From: Anaeramoeba ignava BMAN
Taxonomy: Eukaryota; Protista; Anaeramoebae
DNA: 64,000 nt
Reading direction: 5' to 3'
NCBI GenBank assembly: GCA_028826165.1
Contig: JAPDFW010000114.1
Coordinates: 868,001 to 932,000, forward strand
The translations under genes and the position numbers were made by a program. Under the pieces are notes generated by a model. That model ran no database searches. It was given only the letters and a program-made list of their open reading frames with translations, and was not told the DNA's origin. Shown here piece after piece: positions 1 through 13,500 of this stretch (positions are counted from its first letter, which is position 1; each line of letters begins with the position of its first letter).

Positions 1-930
1 GTTTAAATTAGATAAAAGTGCATATTTATCTTCACCTTCTTGAATTGTAAATTTCTCTGGTTTTCTATTATTCTTATCATTTCTTAATGAAAAAATAAAT
101 GCATTAGGATCTGAAATATATCCTATATTTGCATTAAATCCAACTTGAGTAAATCCTCCAAAAATAAAATTATCTTTTGTTTTAATAATAACTAATGTTT
201 TTCCTTTTCCATCAACTGCTGAATGCCAATTTTGAGAAGAAGATCCATTTTGTTTTATTGAATATCCTTTTTTCATTTTGGAAAAAAAATAATTATCATT
301 TATCCATTCTTTTAATTTATAAATATATTCAATATCTTGAATAATTTCTGAATCTGAAAATTGATTTTCAATGAAATAAGTTTCAAGTTCATCAACAGCC
401 CATGATTTATAAGAACCAGCTAAATAACTTTGAGATTCATTTGATTCCCATTTCATTCCATCAGGCATATTATACTTAAATCCAAAATTCGAATAACCAC
501 CATGTTGATAAAAATCAGAATATAAACAAAAATCTGCTTTTTTATATCCAAATCCAAAAATTGGGCCATTGTTTAAATTAGATAAAAGTGCATATTTGTC
601 TTCACCTTCTTGAATTGTAAATTTCTCTGGTTTTCTATTATTCTTATCATTTCTTAATGAAAAAATAAATGCATTAGGATCTGAAATATATCCTATATTT
701 GCATTAAATCCAACTTGAGTAAATCCTCCAAAAATAAAATTATCTTTTGTTTTAATAATAACTAATGTTTTTCCTTTTCCATCAACTGCTGAATGCCAAT
801 TTTGAGAAGAAGATCCATTTTGTTTTATTGAATATCCTTTTTTCATTTTGGAAAAAAAATAATTATCATTTATCCATTCTTTTAATTTGTAAATATATTC
901 AATATCTTGAATAATTTCTGAATCTGAAAA
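1..930. repeat. Near-identical 570-bp coding tandem duplication (TLDc domain units)
   Basis: 1-360 matches 571-930 with only a few substitutions; period 570 nt = 190 codons. Confidence 0.95.
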
Positions 931-2061
931 TTGTGGAAATAATTTTTTCATTTCTTCCTTTTTAGTTTTGATTTCTGAATTTCCTTGATTATTTATGGAA
1001 ATCAAATATGATTAAATTACAACTTTTGATTTGATGAAAATTCTTTTAAAGAAAAATAAATTACTTTCAAAATTCATCCGATCCAAGCATTGACTAAATT
1101 CATTCAAAGAACTTCTTTTTTTTGAATTTTCATTCCATCCTTTTTGAATTACTTCTGCTAAATATTTTGGGAAATCATTTGGAAATTCAGGTCTTTCTCC
1201 TTGAATAATTTTCATTGGAATCATAATAGTATTTTCTTTATCAAAAGGTTCTTTTTTTGAAAAAATTGCATATAAAATCATTGATAAACTGAAAATATCA
1301 CAAGAAGTATCATAAGTATTTCCTTGTTGAAAAAGTTCTGGAGCAGAATAGCGATATGAAACTATTGCTGTTGTCACTTCTATTGTGTGTTCATGAATTT
1401 TTGAAATTCCAAAATCTGTAATTTTTGGTTCGTTATTGGAGATCAAAATGTTTTCAGGTTTTAAATCGCGATGAATAATTAAATTTTTGTGAAGATATCT
1501 AATTGCTTCGATAATTCTTAAGGAAAAATTGATCTGTTCTCCATAAGTTAAATTTGGGATTTTTTGAGCTAAATTTCCTTGTTCAGCAAATTCCATAACA
1601 ATTCCAAATTGGTTAGAAAATTCTACTATTCCATAAATCCGGATAATGTTCGAGTGATTCAATGTTACAGCAAGATTCAGTTCGTTTTGAAATTGTTCTT
1701 TTTGTTTTTCATTGCTCTGGAATCTCATCTTCTTAACAACAACTTGTTTATTTCCCCATTTAGCTTTGAAAATATCAGCTGAACCACCAAAAGCAAAAGG
1801 TTCTTTTTCAATATCAAGTTCATATAAAGGAATGATTGGAGAATTTTTGATTTTTGAGTTTTTTTGAGCATCTTCAGCAGCTCTTAATAAATCACGATTT
1901 GGAATTGGCTTGAAATTATCAAAAGATGTTCTGCAAAATGGACATTTATTCATGTTTTTTAAACATTTTTCACAAATTGAATGACCTTCTTGACAAATAA
2001 TCATTGGCTTTCTTTCTTGTGAATAACTTTCAAAACAAATCGAACATGTAAATGTATTCAT
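1..2061 (-). CDS. RING finger - TKL-type protein kinase - tandem TLDc domain protein (3' end runs off the window)
   Basis: C3HC4 RING (CSICFESY..CQEGHSICEKC..CPFCR); kinase motifs GGSADIF, VVVK, HRDLKPEN, DFG, APE. A GT-AG intron (about 1064-984, 81 nt) removes the stop at 1012 and joins TLDc sequence (WHSAVDGKGKTLVIIKTKDNFIFGGFTQVG), which reads without a stop into a second copy. Confidence 0.85.
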
Positions 2062-2430
2062 TCTCTTTTTAGAAAAAAAAGAAAAAAAATTTAAAAAAAA
2101 GGAAAATTATTTTTTTTGTTTAATAAATAAAATAAATATTAGGTGAGTAATTATAAATAAATATCAAATAATAATTCCTTTTCATTTTTATTTCTAATTT
2201 TTCAATTCAATTCCATTTAAATGAAATTTTTTTTGTTTTTTCATTTTTATAGAAATAGTATACTTGATTAAGAACTTATTTTTGAAAAGAAAAAAATGAA
2301 AAAAAAAATGAAAAAAAAATTCAAAGCCAGAAAAATTTGAAACAAATTTCTAAATTAATATTAATTCAATTTAATTCAAAAAAAAAGATAAAATTTTAAT
2401 TTCAAAAAAATCAATTTTCAAAATATTTTT

Positions 2431-3545
2431 AAATAATAAAATATTTAAATCTAAAACAATAAATTATTATTTTAATAATAAAATTAAATATTAAATTATA
2501 TTTTTAAATTAATTTATAAATTAAATATTAAATTAAATCTATTTTCATTTTTTATATTTTTATGTTAAATATTTAAATAATAAAATATTTAAATCTAAAA
2601 CAATAAATTATTATTTTTAATAATAAAATTAAATATTAAATTATATTTTTAAATTAATTTATAAATTGAATATTAAATTAAATCTATTCTTATTTTTTAT
2701 ATTTATTTGTTAAATATTTAAATAATAAAATATTTAAATATAAAACATTAAATTATTATTTCAATAATAAAATTAAATATTAAATTATATTTTTAAATTA
2801 ATTTATAAATTAAATATTAAATTAAACCTATTCTTATTTTTATATTTATATGTTAAATATTTAAATAATAAAATATTTAAATCTAAAAACATTAAATTAT
2901 TATTTCAATAATAAAATTAAATATTAAAATATTTTTAAATTAAATTATAAATTAAATATTAAATTAAATCTATTCTTAATTTTTATATTTTTATGTTAAA
3001 TATTTAAATAATAAAATATTTAAATCTAAAACAATAAATTAATATTTTAATAATAAAATTAAATATTAAATCATATTTTTAAATTAATTTATAAATTAAA
3101 TATTAAATTAAATCTATTCTTATTTTTATATTTATATGTTAAATATTGAAATAATAAAATATTTAAATCTAAAACATTAAATTAATATTTTAATAATAAA
3201 ATTAATTATTAAAATATTTTTAAATTAATTTATAAATTAAATATTAAATTAAATCTATTCTTATTCTTTATATTTATATGTTAAATATTTAAATAATAAA
3301 ATATTTAAATCTAAAACAATAAATTATTATTTTAATAATAAAATTAAATATTAAATTATATTTTTAAATTAATTTATAAATTAAATATTAAATTAAATCT
3401 ATTCTTATTTTTGATATTTATATGTTAAATATTTAAATAATAAAATATTTAAATCTAAAACAATAAATTATTATTTTAATAATAAAATTATATTTTTAAA
3501 ATATTTTCAAATTAATTTATAAATTAAATATTAAATTAAACTTAT
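2431..3545. repeat. AT-rich tandem repeat, unit about 143-145 bp, about 7.7 copies
   Basis: Unit AAATAATAAAATATTTAAATCTAAAACAATAAATTATT... recurs near 2431, 2575, 2720, 2864, 3007, 3150, 3293, 3436. Confidence 0.92.
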
Positions 3546-3595
3546 TCTCATTTTTGATATTTTTTTTTTGACTTTTTCTTTTATTGATTTTTTAA

Positions 3596-4255
3596 TTAAG
3601 AAGCAAAAACAAATTCACCATCATTATAAAACCAAGAAAAATGAATTGAACCAAAAGAAGAAATTTGATTAGAAATATCCAAAACAACCGAATCAGAAGG
3701 GAAATCATGAGTAACTCTAGCCATAGTACAATGGAATTCTTGAAGACGAGGATGGTTAACATGAACACCAGCATCACTAATTGCTTTTTCAATTCCACGA
3801 ATCCAATCAAACATTTTTTTCTCACTTTCTTCGCTCATCAAAGCCAGCAAGTAGATGGTCTTGTTATCATGGTCGATATTGCAACCAACTCTGTTGTATT
3901 CCAAATCAATCGGTTCCCAATAATATTCTCTTAGTACTTTTTTGATAATCTCTTTTTCTTCTGAATTGTGACAGCAGAAATAATTCAAGCTCGTGTGAAG
4001 TTCAATATCGCTTTCCATGCGAATGATTTGTGAACTGGACTCTGCTGAGTTCTTGATGATTTCTTGTGCTTTGTGGATCTCTTCTGTAAATGAAATGTGG
4101 TACGAAAGATACATTAATGATGTCCAATTTTCTTTGGAATCTTCAGGACAAGTCATGCAATCTGAATCGCCATTCCAACAAGTATCAAATGAACTTGAAA
4201 TTCCAAATATCAATAGCAATATTATAATGAAAATTGAGCTCAAAAAAAGATTCAT
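3596..4255 (-). CDS. Signal-peptide-bearing 2H phosphoesterase (LigT / cyclic phosphodiesterase-like)
   Basis: Hydrophobic N-terminus; two Hx(S/T)h motifs (LHTSL, FHCTM) about 87 aa apart; single exon. Confidence 0.72.
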   Translation of the reverse strand: MNLFLSSIFIIILLLIFGISSSFDTCWNGDSDCMTCPEDSKENWTSLMYLSYHISFTEEIHKAQEIIKNSAESSSQIIRMESDIELHTSLNYFCCHNSEEKEIIKKVLREYYWEPIDLEYNRVGCNIDHDNKTIYLLALMSEESEKKMFDWIRGIEKAISDAGVHVNHPRLQEFHCTMARVTHDFPSDSVVLDISNQISSFGSIHFSWFYNDGEFVFAS

Positions 4256-4327
4256 AAAAAAGCAATCAAAAATGGAAAAATGAAAAAAAAATCAAAAAAA
4301 AAAATTCTCAAAAAAAAAATATTTCAT

Positions 4328-7300
4328 TTATTTATTTGAATAAATTTCAACATATAAATGAGTTTGATCTCTTTCTTCTTCCAGATCTTCGTCTTCAATT
4401 TCAATTTCAAGAGGAATTCTTAATCTAATTTCTTTTTCTCTCATCATATAAACAAATTTGACAAGTTCCGAAATGGAAAATTTGTTTTTCAATTCAATAA
4501 AGGGTTTCAGCCATAATGCTTTCCAAGAAGGACATCTTGTGATTGCGCGATAAAAAACGCGGATTGCTTTTGATTTTCGAATGCGATGTTTTAACTCTTT
4601 TTTTTGTGTTGAAAAGTTTTCATTTGAAAGTTCATAATTTAAATACAATTCCCACAATTCAAAAGAAGAACTTGACTCGAATTTTTCTGAATCAAGAGCT
4701 TTTTCGAACAATTCTCTAATTCTTTCTGAAGTGTTTGGTCTTTTCATTTCAAAAAGAATACTGAGTATCCAAAACGAAGATGATAATCCCATTTTCTCTT
4801 CATTTTTCTTCAATTTGTCAGAGTTTTTCAATTCATTTGAATCAATAATTTTATCAATTAAAATTCTTGTAAATCCAACTGATAAATTTGATCTCATTTG
4901 CAAAACCAAAAAAAGCCCAAAAAATACAGGATCATTTTGGAAAGTCATGTTTCTCATCAGATCATGAAGCGAATCTTGAAGTTGTTTTAATGAAGATATG
5001 CTTGTTGATAAATTATAAAAAAGCAATTTCAAATGAGAAAAAGTGTGTTCTTTTTGGATAATCTCATTTTGTTCAAATATTTCCTTTGTAATTTCGAAAA
5101 TTTTTGATGAAGAAGATGTACTAAATGTTGTGAAATATGTGAAAAATTCGTAACAAATTGCATAATTCATTTTCTCTTCAAGAGAATCCGAATCCTTTAT
5201 CAATTTATAAAATGATTCTTTTGCTTTTTCAACTCTAAATTTTGACACTTTTTCATTTTTCATTTGGAAGTTTTTTTTTTCTACTAAAAACAATAAAGAG
5301 CTCACAATTCTTCTTGCAATTTCCGTAACTAAAATATGATTTGGATTTGTGGATTGATTTAATGCTAAATTCCCTCCATTTTGATAAAAAATTTCCAGTA
5401 AAAATTCAATAAACTTGCGATAAAACCAAATTATAATTTTTGTGTTTTTGGATATTTGATATTTGGATAATACTGATGTATAAACTTTTTGCGCCATTTC
5501 AAATTGTTGATAATATTTTAAAAAATTTGCGTATTCATTCCAAATATGAAGATTTTCAGCATCTTCTTTCAATATTTGCATTGAGATTTTCTTCATTCTT
5601 TGATATGATTGATTGAAATTTTCGTTTTTTTGCTTCGATTTTTGTTGAAGAATTGAGATACAACTTTCTATTTGGAATAAAGCTATTGAAATTTCAGGAT
5701 CATCTTTAAAAGATACATTTTCAAAGTAAACATCAAGTATATTTTTTGAAAATTTAAATATCTTTAAGAGATTTTCTTTATCGTTCTTGCTGTTTTTTTG
5801 TTGAATCATTTCCCAAAAAATATTCATTTCAGAATCAAAATTTTTGAATGTTGTTTGAATAATTTCTAAATAATTAACATTTTTTTCATCAAAAGAAGAA
5901 ATTAATTTGCGGAATTGATCCAATTTAAATGAATCTAAATTGTAGCCAAGTTGATTTGAGCAAAATTTAAGTTTTGGATTTGAATCAATGAAAAGTGAAT
6001 AAATTGTTTTATAAGATGATTCACCAAGAGGAATTCCAAGAAATTTGAGGAAAAGTAGTAATACTATACTTTTAAAATTAGGGTATTTTTGATCAGGAAT
6101 TTCAAACATAACATTTCTAATTTCATCAAAAATGATCACTTTTTCAGGATCAAATCCAAATTCATTTTGCATTTCTTCTAATTGTTTTGCATTTCTTCCG
6201 ACGCATGGAAAAGAAGGTTTAGATTCTTCGTTTAATTCTGTAATTGCCCATTCCTCGAATGTATTTATAACTTGTTCTTCATCTCCTTCTAATTTATCAT
6301 TATAATTATTTTCTTCATTTTCTAAAGAATCATCATCTTGTAAATTGTTTTTTTCTAGTTCTTCATTTTCTTTCTTTTCATATTTTGTTTCATAAGAACT
6401 TTTCCGATTTAATTTTTGATTTAATTTAGAAGATTTCTGTAAATTTTTATCCCAACCATTTGCATTTTCTTCTCCAATTCTTGGGAATTCTGAATTCCAA
6501 TAATCATTAAATTTTTCACATTTTTCATTGAAATTTAAATTTTGGTAATTTTTTGGACAAAAGAAGTTTAGTTCAATCAAAGCTTGAAAAGAAGCGATAG
6601 CTTTTTCTTTGTAACCAGATTTTGCTTCAAAACAACAAGATTGAAAGAATAAAAAAATAAGTATTGCTATATTATTTTTTTTTATTTTTTCTTTTTTTTC
6701 TATATCCTTTTCCAAGTTTTCAAAAATATCATTTTCAATTTCAATTTCATTTTCAATTTCAATTTCATTTTCATTTTGTAATTGATTTGAATTTAATTGA
6801 TATTGATTTTGATTTAATTGATTTTGATTTAATTGATATTGATTTTGATTTAATTGATTTTGATTTTGATTTAATTGATTTTGATTTTGATTTAATTGAT
6901 TTTGATTTAATTGATTTTGATTTTGATTTAATTTATTTTGTTGTTGAAATTGATTTAATTGATTTTGATTTAATTGATTTTGATGTTGAAATTGATTTAA
7001 TTGATTTTGTTGTTGAAATTGATTTAATTGATTTTGTTGTTGAAATTGATATTGATTTAATTTATTTTGATTTAATTGATTTTGTTGTTGAAATTGATTT
7101 AATTGATTTTGATTTTGATAATCTTGATATCTTTTATAATGTTCTGGATAATTTTCTATATTTAAATTAATTTCTTCATTTTGTTGTTGAAATTCATTTT
7201 GATTTAATTGATTTTGATTTAATTGATTTTGATTTAATTTATTTTGATTTAATTGATTTTGATTTAATTGATTTTGTTGTTGAAATTGATTTAATTGATT

Positions 7301-10300
7301 TTGATTTAATTCATTTTGATTTAATTGATTTTGATTTAATTGATTTTGATTTAATTGAAATTGATTTAATTGATTTTGATTTAATTGATTTTGATTTAAT
7401 TGATTTTGATAATCTTGATATCTTTTATAATGTTCTGGATAATTTTCTATATCTAAATTAATTTCTTCATTTTGTTGTTGAAATTGATTTTGATTTTGAT
7501 TTTTTTTTGTTGAAATTGATTTTGTTAGTTGAAATTGATTTTGATTTAATTTATTTTGATTTAATTGATTTTGATTTAATTGATTTTGTTGTTGAAATTG
7601 ATTTAATTGATTTTGATTTTGATAATCTTGATATCTTTTATAATGTTCTGGATAATTTTCTATATTTAAATTAATTTCTTCATTTTGTTGTTGAAATTGA
7701 TTTTGATTTAATTGAAATTGATTTAATTGATTTTGATTTAATTCATTTTGATTTAATTGATTTTGATTTAATTGATTTTGATTTAATTGATTTTGATAAT
7801 CTTGATATCTTTTATAATGTTCTGGATAATTTTCTATATTTAAATTAATCTCTTCATTTTGTTGTTGAAATTGATTTTGATTTAATTGATTTTGATTTAA
7901 TTGATTTAATTGATTTTGTTGTTGAAATTGATTTTGATTTAATTGATTTTGATTTAATTGATTTAATTGATTTTGATTTAATTCATTTTGATTTAATTGA
8001 TTTTGATTTAATTGATTTTGATTTTGATTTAATTCATTTTGATTTAATTGATTTTGATTTAATTGAAATTGATTTAATTGATTTTGTTGTTGAAATTGAT
8101 TTAATTGATTGTTGAAATTGATTTTGATTTTGATTTTGAAATTGATTTAATTGATTTTGATTTAATTGAAATTGATTTAATTGATTTTTTGATTTTGAAA
8201 TTGATTTTTGATTTTGTGATTTTTTTTTTATTTTGATTTAATTTATTTTTGTTTTTGAAATTTTTTGATTTAATTGATTTTTTGATTTTTGATTTAATTG
8301 AAATTTGATTGATTTTGATTGATAGTGATTTTGATTTTGATTTTGATTTAATTCATTTTGATTTAATTCATTTTTTTGATTTTGATTTAATTGATTTTGA
8401 ATTGAAATTGATTTAATTGATTTTGATTTAATTGATTTTGATAATCTTGATATCTTTTATAATGTTCTGGATAATTTTCTATATTTAAATTAATCTCTTC
8501 ATTTTGTTGTTGAAATTGATTTTGATTTAATTGATTTTGATTTAATTGATTTAATTGATTTTGATTTAATTGATTTTGATTTAATTGATTTTGATTTAAT
8601 TTATTTTGATTTAATTGATTTTGATTTAATTTATTTTGTTGTTGAAATTTATTTTGTTGTTGAAATTGGTTTTGATTTAATTGATTTTGATTTAATTTAT
8701 TTTGTTGTTGAAATTGATTTTGATTTAATTTATTTTGATTTAATTGATTTTGATTTAATTGATTTTGTTGTTGAAATTGATTTTGTTGTTGAAATTGATT
8801 TAATTGATTTTGATTTAATTTATTTTGTTGTTGAAATTGATTTTGTTGTTGAAATTGATTTAATTGATTTTGATTTAATTTATTTTGATTTAATTCATTT
8901 TGATTTAATTGATTTTGTTGTTGAAATTGATTTTGATTTAATTTATTTTGATTTAATTGATTTTGATTTAATTTATTTTGTTGTTGAAATTGATTTAATT
9001 GATTTTGATTTTGATTTAATTGAAATTGATTTAATTGATTTTGATTTAATTGATTTTGATAATCTTGATATCTTTTATAATGTTCTGGATAATTTTCTAT
9101 ATTTAAATTAATTTCTTCATTTTCATAATTTTCATAATTTTCATAATTTTCATAATTTTCATAATTTTCTTCTTTTTGATTTTCATTCTCTGTTAATAAA
9201 TTTGATTTGAAAATTTCCATAGATGATGAAAATAATCCTCTAATATTAATTACAGTAAATGTTTCTAAACTAGATAACCGATAAATAATATAATAAAACC
9301 ATAAAATAATATCATCTTGATTGCTATGTAATATATTTTGCCAAAACCTAATCACTTTTTCTTTATCCCAATAATATTGAATAATTTGAAGTAATTTGAA
9401 AAATAAATCTGTTGAATTTGGATTAAACTCTAATGCTCTTTCTAATACAGAAATCTTCTTAATTCTGATCACCTTAGATTCCAAAACTCCTTTTTCTACT
9501 ATTCTATCTTGTAAATCAGTCAATTCAATCCATGCAAAAATATCTTGTGAATTTTCTCTCAATTTTTCATTTAATTGCTTGATTTTTTCTTGATTTTCAT
9601 CTAGAATAATTTCATCAGATAAATGATCCTCTAAAGAATTTTGTTTAATTTCCAATTTTTCTTTTTCATCATTTTGAAATAATTTTGTTGTTCGATTTTG
9701 ATTATTCAAATTATCAATTTGCATAAAAAAATTTTGATGTTCTAATTTTTTTGGATTGATATTTTCAATCTGAATCTTATTTTCCAAAGAAAATGGAACA
9801 AAAAGTTGATGATAAATAAAATCTTCCAAATTATTTTCTTTAATTTCATCATTCAAATTCATTTTTTGAATTATATTGTTATTGATTTTATTGATTGAAT
9901 ATTTTGCAAAATAACGATGAAATATTGGTTTTCGAGGTAAATGATTATTATTATTATTTTCTTTTTGATAATCAATAGTATATTCAGAAACATATTTTCT
10001 TTGTATTTTTCCTTCTTTATATTGTTTTTCATCTCCTTCTTTTGCAATTTTAAACAAAATATTCCCATTTTCATCTCTAAATACAGAATCATTTTTGTTT
10101 AATTGTTTTGTTTTCTTTTTTCTTTCTTTTTCCTTATCTTTTTTCTTTCTTTTTTTTGATTTTGATTTCTTTGATTTTTTTATTTTTTTTATTTTCTTCT
10201 TTTTATGTTTTTTTTTTCTGTGTTTCTTTTCTTCAATTTGAATTTGATTATTTTGATTTTGATTTTGAATTTCATTTTGATTTTGATTTTGATTTTGATT

Positions 10301-10342
10301 TAATAAATTTGGATCAAAACTAGAAATTTTCAACCAATCCAT
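4328..10342 (-). CDS. NRDE2: NRDE-2 family nuclear RNA-processing factor (HAT/TPR-like repeats) with a very large N/Q insertion
   Basis: N-part LRENSQDIFAWIELTDLQD..KKISVLERALEFNP; C-part SGYKEKAIASFQALIELNFFCP, FNDYWNSEFPRIGEENANGW, RAITRCPSWKALWL..MREKEIRLR. The two ORFs are joined by repeat DNA with frame breaks near 8150-8400. Confidence 0.85.
6730..9175 (-). repeat. Coding-frame N/Q repeat array with six copies of a 63-bp cassette (NEEINLNIENYPEHYKRYQDY)
   Basis: Cassette at about 7117, 7408, 7621, 7795, 8440, 9058, embedded in NQNQL/NQFQQQ units. Confidence 0.9.
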
Positions 10343-10579
10343 TTTTAATTTTGTTTTTGTTTTGTTTTTAAATTTTATTTTTAATTTGTTTTTTAATTTG
10401 TTTTTTATTTTTGTTTTTTAATTTTGTTTTGTTTTGTTTTGTTTTTATTTTTGGAAAAGAAAAAAATGAAAATGAAAAAAATGAAAAAAAAATTTTGAAT
10501 TTTGAATTTTGAATTTTGAATTTTGATTTTTGATTTTTGATTTGAATTTTGATTTTTGAATTTTGATTTGAGAAATTTT

Positions 10580-13500
10580 TCATCTCTTTTTTGTAAAGAA
10601 TTGTAAAATTTGAGTTGAAATTGCTAAAATATCTTCATATCCTTTATATTTTTGCTTTTTTGCTTGTTTAATAATTTCTTGAATTTTATTTTGAGCAAAT
10701 CTAGATTCTTTTTGAGAAAATGTTTTAAAACCATTCTCCAATAAAAACTTTAATGAATCTGCATGAATTTTAACAAAATTAATTTGATTAGAGGATTTAA
10801 AAGAATCAATAGAAGATTTTAAATGATTCAAATTAAAAAGGAAAAATTCATCAATAAATTTTATCATTTCTTGATCAAATTGAGATTTAGGAAATAAAGC
10901 AAAAACAAATGGAATTTGAGAAAGAAATTGTTCTTGTTGGAAAAATTTGTCTTTTTGCAAGAGAATCAAATCAAGATATTGAGGAATCAAAGATGATAAT
11001 TGCTTTCCAAATTCTTGAATAAAATTATCTTTTTTAAAAGTTGGAACATTTTGATTTGATTTATTAAGATTTTCATTGATTTCAATCATTTTCGAAAGAA
11101 CTTGATTTAAAAGGGAAGCACAAGAGAGAATAAGATCAAAATTGGCGTCTTTTTGGTGAAGAATCCAAACAAGATTAAAGAAAAGTGATTTAGTCAATAA
11201 ATGAAATGATTGTTGAGCTTGTTTTTTTTCTTGTCTTTTTTTGCCTTTTTTTGGATGAGATTGATACTGTTTGATTAAGAGATCAAAAACCATTTGAGAA
11301 ACAGTTGAAAAAGTAATTTGGAAATCATTAGAAGCAAGATAAGAATGATAATGAACTTTTGTATTTTGAGATGATTTAATTGAGTCATAAGAATAGGCAA
11401 ACTCAACTTTGGAATGAAGAACCGCATGAAGATTCTTGATTTGTTCAATGGCATTTGATTTCCCTCCGTTTGTTGTGATCCCAATAATCAGTTGAATCAA
11501 TTGCAAGCATTTTGTCGAAACAGAAACATCTTTACACTTGAAATCCATAAACTCAAGAAAACGTATTAAAGAATTGAACAATTTGATTTTTTTGCTCCAC
11601 AAACGAGAAACATTGTTGATTTTATCAGGACTTGAATTTTTGGGTTCAAAACCTTTGATATTGCAAGTTGGACAGAGCCAAGAAGAAGAGTTGATAAGAA
11701 TATCAAGAGCTGAAGAAATAATTTGCAAATCATCTTGAATAATTGGTTTTGATTTTGATTTTGATTTTGATTCTTTTTTTGATTCTTTTTCTTTTTCTTT
11801 GGAAATTTCAAGATCCTTTTCAAGCAAAGAAATTCTTTCAATTAATAAGTCAGAAAGAGTATTATGTCCGTTTTGTGTTTCTGTAAATGTGAAAAGTAAA
11901 AGAGTGTCTGAACCAAGAAGAAGATCCAAAAATTTAAGTGCGTTTTTGGGATGTTTTTTAACTCTTTCTCCAGTTAGAATTGCCTTGATTTTCTGAATTC
12001 GGAAATTGATTTTGGATGATATTTTGGAAATTATTGAAAAATACTTTTCTGAAAAGGAATCATAAAAAGGATCAAAAATAGTCTTGTCAAGAACATCATT
12101 TGCAATTGGAGATGAATATATACTATCAATAACGGTAGGATCGCGCTCGATACACAAAAACACAAGATTCAGGAAAAGAGGGAGATAAGCACTCGCATAT
12201 TGGCTGTATGAAGGGTTATCTTGGATATCAATAAAAGAGCCTACAAAACGAGGAAACCGCGAATCTTGAATCAAATAATCTACATTCTCTTGGTTTTGCG
12301 AAATGCATTTGTCAAAAATACGAAGTAATTCAAGCTTGTTGAAATCACAACTCAATTTATATGAATCCAAATGAATAAAAAGATCCCAGAAGTGTTGGAA
12401 ATTATCCTCAAAACTTGAAAACGAAATTTCATTAAACATTGATTTTCTTAAAATATTAAAATAATCAGTCAAAAAAAAGAATTCGAAAGGGAAAGGAGAA
12501 ATCGAATCTGGTTGAGGAAACTCTCTGGGTTTGATATGCTGATAAACCTGAAGTTGGAGGTTTGGCAATAATCCTAATAGATATTGAAACATCTCGTAAT
12601 ATTGGGATGCCTTTGTATCACTAATTTCTTCATTTTGATTTGGAATCACTATTTGAAGAAGAAAAGATGCTTCGCGACGAATATCTCCATTTTGATTCGA
12701 AATCAAGAACTGCATAACCCATTGTTCTTGGTGTTGAATCATCCACTCAAACACTTCTTCGTGTTTGGCTATTTTGAGACGGAAATTTGATAAACAATAA
12801 ACGGTTTTTTGAGATGAAAAAAATTCTGAATTGTTGATATTAACCATAAACTCGCATATTTTCTCAACTTTCCAATCAAAAAGCGAGTCTTTTGTCTCCA
12901 AAAAGCAAGAAAGAAGAGTGAACAATTTCTCGATATCTATTTGGCTTTGTTGTGCTTGCGAAATGTGAAGAAGAACAAATGAAACATATTTTTGAGTATA
13001 AATAGAGTTGTTCATGCAAATTCTTGCGAGAATTCGACCCATAATATCAGGACTGAGTCGATTCTTAATCATAAGCTCAGGGAAATTTGTTTTGAGAATC
13101 ATTACACGATCAACAAGAGGGATTTTGTTTTGAACATTCTCATTTGTTTCCCCATCTTTTTCAATATTTTGAACTTGATCAAGTGAAAGATCTACTCCTT
13201 CAATCAATTTGTAAATAATTTCCAAACTTTCTGGACATTCTCGAAATTGCGAACTAAAAAGTTGAAGAAGTGAATTTGTTGAAAGATTTGCAGTATTAGC
13301 ATCTCTTTTTTGGAGAGGAGAATAATAGTTGAGATTCAAATCAATGAATTTTGAAATCACATTTGTCATGATTAAATATTGACTTAATGGAGGATAAATA
13401 TTAAGAAGACTCATCAAGATATCCATTCTACGACCCAAGAACATTTGATTGGAATTCTTAAGTGAATTATGAATAATACTGTCAACAAGCATAAGAGTAA

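Noticed and set aside
1012-1014. Stop-codon reassignment or readthrough (TAA in frame between kinase and TLDc)
   Set aside because: An 81-nt GT-AG intron removes it, and TAA terminates many conserved genes in the window
7117-9120. Six conserved 63-bp units separated by variable sequence, superficially CRISPR-like
   Set aside because: Spacers are themselves simple repeats of very unequal length, the array is in frame in a eukaryotic gene and no cas genes are present
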